Source of the DNA: Salinisphaera sp.
Lineage (GTDB): Bacteria; Pseudomonadota; Gammaproteobacteria; Nevskiales; Salinisphaeraceae
NCBI RefSeq assembly: GCF_002729955.1
Contig: NZ_PBYA01000033.1
Span: forward strand, 5,494-69,493
DNA length: 64,000 nucleotides
Reading direction: 5' to 3'
A program made the translations under genes and the position numbers. Below the pieces are notes generated by a model, which was given only the letters and a program-made list of their open reading frames with translations, did no database searches and was not told the DNA's origin. Below are positions 8,416-16,983 of this stretch, one piece after another (position 1 is the stretch's first letter; each line of letters begins with the position of its first letter).

Positions 8416-8443
8416 TCAGACCGGGCGTTTCCAGCCGAGTTCC
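8416..8443 (-). promoter_or_regulatory. ECF sigma-E/AlgU-type promoter of sRNA copy D
   Basis: Minus strand GGAACTC-N16-TCTGA. The -35 element lies only ~38 nt after the polA stop codon. Confidence 0.6.
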
Positions 8444-8480
8444 CGAGATTCGCGAAAAATTTTCAAACCGCGCTCTGGCC

Positions 8481-11234
8481 TCAATGTGCCTGCTGCCAGT
8501 TGGCTGCGATGCCGGCCTCGGCAAGCAACGGCACGTCGAGTTCTGCCACCCGGCCCATGCGCTCACTGATGACCTTGCCCAACCGCTCGGCCTGGTCCGT
8601 GGGCACTTCGAAGACCAGTTCGTCATGTACTTGCATGATCATGCGGGCCGGCTCCCCGGTTTCGTGCAGCCACGCATCCACGTCGATCATGGCTTTCTTG
8701 ATCAGGTCGGCGGCCGTGCCCTGAAGCGGCGCGTTGATGGCCGCGCGTTCCGCGCCCTGGCGGCGCGCGCCGTTGCGCGAATTGATTTCCGGTAGATAAA
8801 GCCGACGCCCATAGAGCGTTTCGACATAGCCCTCGGCCTTGGCAAGCTTGCGGGTTTCGTCCATGTAGCGACGCACGCCGGCGAAGCGTTCGAAGAAGCG
8901 ATCGATATAGGCACCGGCTTCCTCGCGCGAGGTTTCCAGCTGTTTGGCCAGCCCGAACGCCGACATGCCATACATCAGGCCGAAGTTGATCGCCTTGGCC
9001 GCGCGCCGCTGATCGGTGCTGACCTCATCAAGCGGCGTATCGAAGACTTCCGAAGCCGTGGCCGAATGAATATCCCGCTCTTCGTTGAAGGCCGCCAGCA
9101 GGCCCGGGTCGCCGGACAGATGCGCCATGATGCGAAGCTCGATCTGCGAGTAGTCGACGGCCAGAATCTGCTGGCCTTCGGGGGCGATGAACGCCTCCCG
9201 GATACGCCGGCCGGATTCGGTGCGAATAGGGATGTTCTGCAGGTTCGGATCCGACGAGGACAGTCGACCGGTGGCTGCGACCGCCTGATGGTAGGAGGTA
9301 TGAATACGCCCCGTGTTCGGATTGATCTGGGTCGGCAACTTCTCGGCATAGGTCGAGCGCAGCTTGGACAGCTCGCGCCACGACACGATAAGCGCCGGCA
9401 GTTCGTGCTGATCGGCCAGTTCGCGCAGCACGTCCTCGGCGGTCGAGGGCGCGCCCTTGGGCGTTTTGCGGATCACGGGCAGGGCGAGCCGATCGAAGAG
9501 AATATCCTTGAGCTGGGCCGGCGAACCGAGGTTGAACTCGCCCCCGGCGGCCTCGAACGCCTGGGTCTGGATTTCGGCCATACGCTCGGCCATTTCCTGA
9601 CTCACCCGGCCGAGCAGATCGCGATCGACCAGTACGCCGTTGGCTTCGACGCGGGCGAGCACGGGCATGAGCGGCATCTCGATATCTTCGTACAGCGCCT
9701 TCAGGCGCGGACTCTCGGCGAGCTCCCCGTAAAGACGGTGATGCAGCTGTAGCGTGATATCCGCGTCTTCGGCCGCATAGGGCGTGGCCTGTTCCAGCGA
9801 TACCTGGTTGAAGGTGATCTGCTTGGCGCCCTTGCCAGCCACTTCCTCGAACTTGGTGGTGCTCCGGTCCAGATACTTCTGTGCCAGCGAATCCATATCG
9901 TGACGCGTGGCCGTGCTGTTAAGCACATACGATTCGAGCATGGTGTCGTGATCGGCGCCGGCAACCTCGATTCCGTGACGGCGCAATACGTTGATGTCGT
10001 ACTTGATGTGCTGACCGAGCTTGGCGATATCGGGGTTTTCCAGAACCCCGCGCAGGCGATCGAGCACGGTTTGCATCGACAGCTGTTCGGGCGCGCCCAT
10101 GTAGTCGTGGCCGACCGGTACATACCAGGCCTCGCCTGCCTGAACCGCGAACGACAGCCCCACCAGATTGGACTGCATGGCCGACAGCGCATCGGTTTCC
10201 GTATCCACACAGATCAGGTCGGCGGCCTCAAGCCTGGCCATCATGGCCTCGAGGGCGTCCTGGTCGCGTACCTCGTGGTAATGCGTTTCGGCGGGTGCAG
10301 CCGGCACGTCCGGGCTGGCCTGTTCGGCGGGCGCGTCCAGATCTTCCAGGAACTTGTGGAATTCATAGCCACGGTACAGATCGCTGAGCGCCCGGACATC
10401 GGCCTCGCGCCGGGTGAGCGCCTCGCCGACCGAACCCAGGTCCAGATTACAGCGGATCGTGGCCAGATCCTTGTACAACGGCAGCTCGTCGAGCGCCGCG
10501 CGCAGGTTGTCCGCCACCTTGCCGCCGATTTCGTCGGCGTGGGCCATCACGCCGTCGAGGCCGTCGTACTGCAACAGCCATTTCGCCGCGGTCTTCGGCC
10601 CGACCTTGGCCACGCCGGGGATGTTGTCCGAACTGTCGCCCACCAGGGCGAGATAGTCGGTGATCAGCTCGGGGCCGACGCCGAATTTCTCGTGCACGCG
10701 GGCCACATCGGTACGCTTGTCCTGCATGGTATCGAGCAGGTTCACCCGCTCGTTGACCAGCTGCGCCATATCCTTGTCGCCGGTCACGATCAGCACTTCG
10801 CCGGCGTCGCGGGTGGCCAGGGTGCCGATTACATCGTCGGCTTCCACGCCGTCGACCTGCAGCAGGGGCAGGCCCAGTGCGACCACCACGTCGCGAATAC
10901 CCGCGAACTGTGCCGAAAGTTCTTCGGGCACCGGCGGACGATTGGCCTTGTAATCGGCGAACAGCTCGTTACGAAAGGTCGGGCCGCGCGGGTCGAACAC
11001 CACCACGATGCGATCGGCATCGTATTCGCGCAGGAACTTGCGCAGCATGTTGGTCATGCCATAGATCGCACCCGTGGGCTCGCCGGCGGCGTTGGTCAGC
11101 GGCGGCAGCACGTGGTAAGCGCGATACAGCCACGACGAGCCGTCAATAAGAATCAACGGACCACGCGGCGGCGTCGCAGCTGCGTTTTCGGAAGCAGAAG
11201 AACCAGCGGAATCGGACATGGGAGCAACCGGCAA
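8481..11234 (-). CDS. polA: DNA polymerase I
   Basis: 917-aa ORF with the 5'-3' exonuclease N-terminus (PLILIDGSSWLYRAYH), the 3'-5' exonuclease domain, and the polymerase motifs (DYSQIELRIMAHLS, QVHDELVFE). The track start is TTG at 11234. An ATG five codons downstream (11219) is an alternative start. Confidence 0.97.
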   Translation of the reverse strand: MPVAPMSDSAGSSASENAAATPPRGPLILIDGSSWLYRAYHVLPPLTNAAGEPTGAIYGMTNMLRKFLREYDADRIVVVFDPRGPTFRNELFADYKANRPPVPEELSAQFAGIRDVVVALGLPLLQVDGVEADDVIGTLATRDAGEVLIVTGDKDMAQLVNERVNLLDTMQDKRTDVARVHEKFGVGPELITDYLALVGDSSDNIPGVAKVGPKTAAKWLLQYDGLDGVMAHADEIGGKVADNLRAALDELPLYKDLATIRCNLDLGSVGEALTRREADVRALSDLYRGYEFHKFLEDLDAPAEQASPDVPAAPAETHYHEVRDQDALEAMMARLEAADLICVDTETDALSAMQSNLVGLSFAVQAGEAWYVPVGHDYMGAPEQLSMQTVLDRLRGVLENPDIAKLGQHIKYDINVLRRHGIEVAGADHDTMLESYVLNSTATRHDMDSLAQKYLDRSTTKFEEVAGKGAKQITFNQVSLEQATPYAAEDADITLQLHHRLYGELAESPRLKALYEDIEMPLMPVLARVEANGVLVDRDLLGRVSQEMAERMAEIQTQAFEAAGGEFNLGSPAQLKDILFDRLALPVIRKTPKGAPSTAEDVLRELADQHELPALIVSWRELSKLRSTYAEKLPTQINPNTGRIHTSYHQAVAATGRLSSSDPNLQNIPIRTESGRRIREAFIAPEGQQILAVDYSQIELRIMAHLSGDPGLLAAFNEERDIHSATASEVFDTPLDEVSTDQRRAAKAINFGLMYGMSAFGLAKQLETSREEAGAYIDRFFERFAGVRRYMDETRKLAKAEGYVETLYGRRLYLPEINSRNGARRQGAERAAINAPLQGTAADLIKKAMIDVDAWLHETGEPARMIMQVHDELVFEVPTDQAERLGKVISERMGRVAELDVPLLAEAGIAANWQQAH

Positions 11235-11281
11235 ATAATCGGCCCCGCTGTTGAACGCGGCGGCCGCAAGTACAAATCGAC

Positions 11282-11586
11282 CCGCAGATTAACGCAGATG
11301 GCAACGGATTAAGACCCAACCGGCCCGCATGTACCCAAAGCCGGCACTCGGAACATGATCAAAACGCGCATCGCGCCGCGTTCTTCGAAGAAGTAACCGC
11401 AGATCGACGCAGATTCACGCAGATCAAAGGCGGGCAGCTCAGCTTATGCGTTACCCAAGCCACCCAACATCGTGTTCTTATCTGCGTTGATCTGTGTCGA
11501 TCTGCGGAAAAAGGCCTTATCCGGCGGCGAAGCAGCGCCTATCGTTTGCGGCGCCTTCCTATCTGCGCAATCGGCGTAATCTGCGG
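11282..11586. repeat. degenerate outer inverted-repeat pair of the GCAGATC element family, enclosing the intact copy at 11397-11507
   Basis: The left arm CCGCAGATTAACGCAGATGG (11282-11301) and the reverse complement of the right arm (11561-11586; CCGCAGATTACGCCGATTGCGCAGAT) share the first 10 nt and a second GCAGAT motif. Confidence 0.4.
11397..11507. repeat. MITE/REP-like palindromic element (copy 1) with ~30-bp terminal inverted repeats
   Basis: Left arm CCGCAGATCGACGCAGATTCACGCAGATCAA. Reverse complement of the right arm CCGCAGATCGACACAGATCAACGCAGATAA. Each arm is three GCAGATY motifs spaced 10 bp apart. It lies in the lysA-polA intergenic region. Confidence 0.65.
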
Positions 11587-11623
11587 TCAGCGCCTTCAAA
11601 AAACGCGCGAACACTCTCGAAGA

Positions 11624-12886
11624 TCAGGCAAAAGGCAGCCGCTTTTCGCCGCGCATGAGATCGGCGACGGTTTCGCGGGCGCGCACTTCGTGCGGAGTAT
11701 CGCCGTCGACCATGATTTCGGCCACGCGCGGGCGGGCGTTATAGCTCGATGCCATGGTGAAGCCGTAGGCACCGGCACTGCGTACGGCCAGCAGGTCATC
11801 CGCAGCCAGGGCCAGTTCGCGGTCGTGACCGAGAAAATCGCCGGTTTCGCAGATCGGGCCGACGATTTCCCAGGCGCGGGCCGACGTATCGGTGCGCGGG
11901 CTCACGGCCACGATCTCATGCCAGCCGTCGTAGAGCGCCGGTCGGAGCAGGTCGTTCATGGCCGCATCGACAATGGCGAAATGCTTGTCGTCTTCGGCCT
12001 GGCCCGGCTTGAGCAGCTCCACGCGGGTAAGCAGCACGCCGGCGTTGGCGACCAGCACGCGGCCCGGCTCGAACACGAGCTTGAGGTCGCGACCTTCCAC
12101 CAGATCACGAATATTCTCGGCGTATTCGGCCGGCGAAGGCGGGTTCTCGTTGCGATAACGAATACCCAGACCGCCGCCCACGTCCAGATGCTCGATGACG
12201 ATACCGCGTTCGGCCAGCCGATCGATGAGGGCCAGTACGCGCTTGACGGCATCACGAAACGGCGCCAACTGGGTCAGCTGCGAGCCGATATGACAATCCA
12301 CGCCGCGAATCGTAATGCCCGGCATCTCGGCCGCGCGCGCATACAGGGCTTCGGCCCGGCCGATATCGACGCCGAACTTGTTCTCTTTCAAGCCGGTCGC
12401 GATATAGGGATGGGTCTGGGCATCCACATCCGGGTTCACCCGCAGCGATACCGGCGCGGTGGTGCCCATACGCCGGGCGATACTGTCGATACGCTCGAGT
12501 TCGGCTTCCGATTCGATATTGAAGCAGGCAATACCCACTTCCAGCGCGCGCTCGATTTCATCGACGCGCTTGCCCACGCCCGAAAACACCACCTTCGCCG
12601 GATCGCCGCCGGCGGTGATCACGCGCTCCAGCTCGCCCACCGAGACGATATCGAAACCGCTGCCCAGATCGGCCAGCAGGCCGAGCACGCCGATATTACC
12701 GTTGGCTTTCACGGCAAAGCAGATGCGGTGATCGATACCGGCCAGGGCTTCGTCGAATACGCGATAGTGGCGGGCGATGGTGGCCGCGCTATACACATAG
12801 CAGGGGGTACCGAAACGCTCGGCGATCGCAGGCAGGGCAACGTCTTCGGCGTGGAGCACGCCGTCGCGATACTCGAAATGATCCAT
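11624..12886 (-). CDS. lysA: diaminopimelate decarboxylase
   Basis: 420 aa. MDHFEYRDGVLHAEDVALPAIAERFGTPCYVYS... with the PLP-lysine region ICFAVKAN and CETGD near the C-terminus. Confidence 0.95.
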   Translation of the reverse strand: MDHFEYRDGVLHAEDVALPAIAERFGTPCYVYSAATIARHYRVFDEALAGIDHRICFAVKANGNIGVLGLLADLGSGFDIVSVGELERVITAGGDPAKVVFSGVGKRVDEIERALEVGIACFNIESEAELERIDSIARRMGTTAPVSLRVNPDVDAQTHPYIATGLKENKFGVDIGRAEALYARAAEMPGITIRGVDCHIGSQLTQLAPFRDAVKRVLALIDRLAERGIVIEHLDVGGGLGIRYRNENPPSPAEYAENIRDLVEGRDLKLVFEPGRVLVANAGVLLTRVELLKPGQAEDDKHFAIVDAAMNDLLRPALYDGWHEIVAVSPRTDTSARAWEIVGPICETGDFLGHDRELALAADDLLAVRSAGAYGFTMASSYNARPRVAEIMVDGDTPHEVRARETVADLMRGEKRLPFA

Positions 12887-13096
12887 TTAATCGACGCGGT
12901 TATCGGTGGCTTCGGCGCGGTTGTCGGGCGCCGGCGTGCTGCTTTCGTCCGCCGTATCGTCGTCCATGCCGAACGGGCCGTCGGTCTGGGATTCAGGCGC
13001 TTCGCCCGGCAGATACAGCGGCCCGGTCTGACCGCAGCCAGCCAGTACGACCGCTACAAACGCCCACAGCAGTACACTCGAAAGCGCTTTCATCAT
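12887..13096 (-). CDS. lptM: LPS-assembly lipoprotein LptM (YifL family)
   Basis: 69 aa. Lipobox LAGC followed by GQTGPLYLPGE, the YifL signature. Its position immediately upstream of lysA is typical. Confidence 0.8.
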   Translation of the reverse strand: MMKALSSVLLWAFVAVVLAGCGQTGPLYLPGEAPESQTDGPFGMDDDTADESSTPAPDNRAEATDNRVD

Positions 13097-13246
13097 TGCT
13101 CGCCACCGTGAATTGAGCGCCTAGTCTAGGGCCTGTGGTGGTTTCGCGCGACACCTCGCCGAACAGCCGCCGAGGCGCCCGGCCGGTGCACGATTCCGAC
13201 CGGGCCACACGCCGGCCCCAACGGCCGACGCACGTTCGCGGAAGCG

Positions 13247-14101
13247 CTAGCTTTCCACGCCCATGTGGCTGGCCAGAAAGCGCAGATGATCTTCCATGAA
13301 GCTGGCGATGAAGAAATAGCTGTGGTCGTAGCCTTCGCGTCGATGCACGGTGACATCGGCGCCGACCTTGTCGGCGGCTTCCTCGAGCCGGTGCGGCTGC
13401 AGCTGTTCGTCGAGGAAGTTGTCGGCCAGGCCCTGCTCGACACGAATCGGCGGCAGTGCCTCGGGGTTGTCGGCGTTGGCGAGCAGATAGCTGGCGTCGT
13501 AGGCATACCAGTCCTGCTTGTCGTCACCGATGTACTTCGGAAACGCCTTGTGGCCCCAGGGCACTTCGCTGGGCGCACAGATGGGCGAGAACGCCGAAAT
13601 CGCGGCAAAGCGATCGATATTGCGCAGACCGATCACCAGCGCCCCGTGGCCGCCCATCGAATGCCCGAAGATCGCTTCGCGCGAGAGATCCAGCGTGGTG
13701 CCGAATTCGTCGGCGAGCAGGCTCGGCAACTCGCTGACCACATAGTCGTACATCTGGTAGTGGCGCGCCCAGGGCTGTTGCGTGGCATTCACATAGAAGC
13801 CGGCGCCCTTGCCCATGTCGTAGCTGTCCTCGTCGGGGACATCCTCGCCCCGCGGGCTGGTATCCGGGGCGACGATGGCAATGCCGAGTTCCGCGGCAAT
13901 ACGCTGGGCACCGGCCTTGTTGACGAAGTTTTCGTCGGTACAGGTCAAACCGGACAGCCAGTAAACCACGGGTACGCGCCGGGTATCGGCCAGCGGCGGC
14001 AGATACACCGAAAAGGTCATGTCGCAATTGCAGACCTCGGAGGCATGCGTGTAGCGGCGCTGCACGCCGCCGAACGAGCGGTGTTCGTCAATCTTTTCCA
14101 T
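13247..14101 (-). CDS. fghA: S-formylglutathione hydrolase (esterase D family)
   Basis: Start trimmed to ATG 14101 (GGAG SD upstream): MEKIDEHRSFGGVQRRYTHASEVCNCDMTFSVYLPP. GHSMGGHGA nucleophile elbow. Adjacent to adhC. Confidence 0.92.
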   Translation of the reverse strand: MEKIDEHRSFGGVQRRYTHASEVCNCDMTFSVYLPPLADTRRVPVVYWLSGLTCTDENFVNKAGAQRIAAELGIAIVAPDTSPRGEDVPDEDSYDMGKGAGFYVNATQQPWARHYQMYDYVVSELPSLLADEFGTTLDLSREAIFGHSMGGHGALVIGLRNIDRFAAISAFSPICAPSEVPWGHKAFPKYIGDDKQDWYAYDASYLLANADNPEALPPIRVEQGLADNFLDEQLQPHRLEEAADKVGADVTVHRREGYDHSYFFIASFMEDHLRFLASHMGVES

Positions 14102-14202
14102 CGTGGACTCCGCGCAGAATTCGAGACAGTCGTTCCAATCTAAACGAAATCGCCGTGATGTCGTGACCGACACCACGGCGATCCGGGTTCATGCAGACAG
14201 TT

Positions 14203-15345
<1,143 letters not shown>

Positions 15346-15511
15346 TCATTGCCTGTATGAACGTAGGCGAACGAGTCTAGCGCACCGGTCCAGAGTCTAG
15401 GCAAGACAGACTATGGTTGAACAAGGCGGTGGGAACTCGAAGAATTGCTTGCGCCCACGGCCCGGGCTGGCCAGACTTCGCCTTCTCGTTTGTTCCTCAT
15501 CGCGATAAAGC

Positions 15512-16171
15512 ATGCTCGACTGTATCGAGATCGAACCCAAAACCACCGCCCGCGCCAGCGTGATCTGGCTGCATGGTCTGGGCGCCGACGGCAATGATTT
15601 CGTGCCGATTGTCGACGAACTGGGCCTGGGCGCGGATCACGGAGTGCGCTTCGTGTTCCCCAACGCCAAGACGCGTCCGGTGACCATCAACAACGGCATG
15701 AGCATGCGCGCCTGGTACGACATCAAGGGCATGGCCATCGCCGACAAGCAGGATGCCGAGGGCATTCACGACAGCGCGAACGAGATCGAACAGCTCATCG
15801 CGCGCGAGGTCGAGCGCGGCGTGGCGACCGAATCCATCGTCATCGCCGGCTTTTCCCAGGGCGGCGCCATCGCCCTGCATACCGGCGTACGCCATGCCGA
15901 TCGGCTGGCCGGCATCATGGGCCTGTCCACCTATCTACCGCTGGCCGAGACCGTGGCCGCCGAAGCCAGCGAGGCCAATCGCGCCACGCCGATTCTCATG
16001 GCCCACGGCAGTCACGATCCGGTGGTGCCGGTGCAGCTCGGCCAGGCCAGTCGGGATCAGCTCCTCGAGGCCGGCTACGACGTCGCCTGGCACGAATACC
16101 CGATGCAGCATCAGGTCTGCATGCCCGAGATCGCGACCATCGGCCGCTGGTTGGGCGAGCGTTTGCTGTAA
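15512..16171 (+). CDS. carboxylesterase / phospholipase (alpha/beta hydrolase, EstB/LYPLA-like)
   Basis: 219 aa. VIWLHGLGADGNDF and the GFSQGG nucleophile motif. Confidence 0.85.
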   Translation: MLDCIEIEPKTTARASVIWLHGLGADGNDFVPIVDELGLGADHGVRFVFPNAKTRPVTINNGMSMRAWYDIKGMAIADKQDAEGIHDSANEIEQLIAREVERGVATESIVIAGFSQGGAIALHTGVRHADRLAGIMGLSTYLPLAETVAAEASEANRATPILMAHGSHDPVVPVQLGQASRDQLLEAGYDVAWHEYPMQHQVCMPEIATIGRWLGERLL

Positions 16172-16743
16172 TGATCGAAACGCTACAGGGCCTGATCGCC
16201 GACTTCGGCGCCTTCGCGGTCGCCATCGGCTGTCTTCTGGAAGGCGAAACCGCGATTCTGCTGGGCGTATTCGGCGCCCACCGTGGCTGGCTCTCGCTGG
16301 AAAGCGTGGTCGTCGCCGCCACGATAGCCACAATCATCGGCGACAACCTGTGCTTTCATATCGGCCGCCGCATGGGCCGGCCGGCGTTGGATCGACGCCC
16401 CGGCTGGCAGCCCAAGATCGCCCGTGTCGAACGCCTGCTTGAAAGCTACGGCGCGCCGGTGATGATCGGCTTTCGTTTTCTCTACGGGCTGCGCTACGTC
16501 ACGCCGTTTCTGCTCGGCTCGCTTGGCGTATCGCCGCTACGCTTTTTTCTGCTCGCCATGATCGGCACGTTGCTGTGGGTCGGCACAGTCACCTTCGTCG
16601 GCGTGCATCTCGCCGGCGCGATCGAGCATGCCCTGGCCCATATCCACGATGTGGAAAAGATCCTGGCCGCCGTTGTGCTCATCGGTGCCGGGTTGGGTCT
16701 GGCGGTTTACTGGATGCGCCGCAACGTCACCGCCCAGCGCTGA
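16171..16743 (+). CDS. DedA family inner-membrane protein
   Basis: 190 aa, multi-TM. DedA-type motifs (EGETAILLGVF..., GDNLCFHIGRRMGRP, FRFLYGLRYVTPFLLG). Its ATG overlaps the upstream stop. Confidence 0.85.
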   Translation: MIETLQGLIADFGAFAVAIGCLLEGETAILLGVFGAHRGWLSLESVVVAATIATIIGDNLCFHIGRRMGRPALDRRPGWQPKIARVERLLESYGAPVMIGFRFLYGLRYVTPFLLGSLGVSPLRFFLLAMIGTLLWVGTVTFVGVHLAGAIEHALAHIHDVEKILAAVVLIGAGLGLAVYWMRRNVTAQR

Positions 16744-16790
16744 TAGAGCCGATTCGGGACGCTTTTTTCGCGTCATTCTGAAGTCAGAGT

Positions 16791-16924
16791 CCGCAGATCG
16801 ACGCAGATCAGCGCAGATCAATACACGGCCTGACGGCCCGATCCCTAGTTCGAACGACGGCTGACTAGCGGCTAGCGCCCGTAGCGCAGGTTTTTCATCT
16901 GCGTGAATCTGCGTCGATCTGCGG
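16791..16924. repeat. MITE/REP-like palindromic element (copy 2), same terminal inverted repeats as 11397-11507
   Basis: Left arm CCGCAGATCGACGCAGATCAGCGCAGATCAA. Reverse complement of the right arm CCGCAGATCGACGCAGATTCACGCAGATGA. The core is unrelated to copy 1. It sits between the convergent dedA and tamB. Confidence 0.65.
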
Positions 16925-16983
16925 ACGGCGCACCGCCTGTGAAGGACGCGAACACGACCCGAGAGCGGTTATGCAGAGCGTCC

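Noticed and set aside
7600-8480. Possible CRISPR array, because of regularly spaced repeats
   Set aside because: The period is about 215 bp with long, internally structured units, not 28-37-bp repeats separated by unique spacers. There is no leader/cas context. Each unit ends in a canonical intrinsic terminator.
7759-8724. 321-aa plus-strand ORF spanning the repeat array, with repeated GYRSGRKAVK-like peptides
   Set aside because: The peptide repeats simply mirror the DNA repeats. The ORF runs antisense into polA, has no RBS and has a junk-like composition. The region is better explained by minus-strand sRNA units with promoters and terminators.
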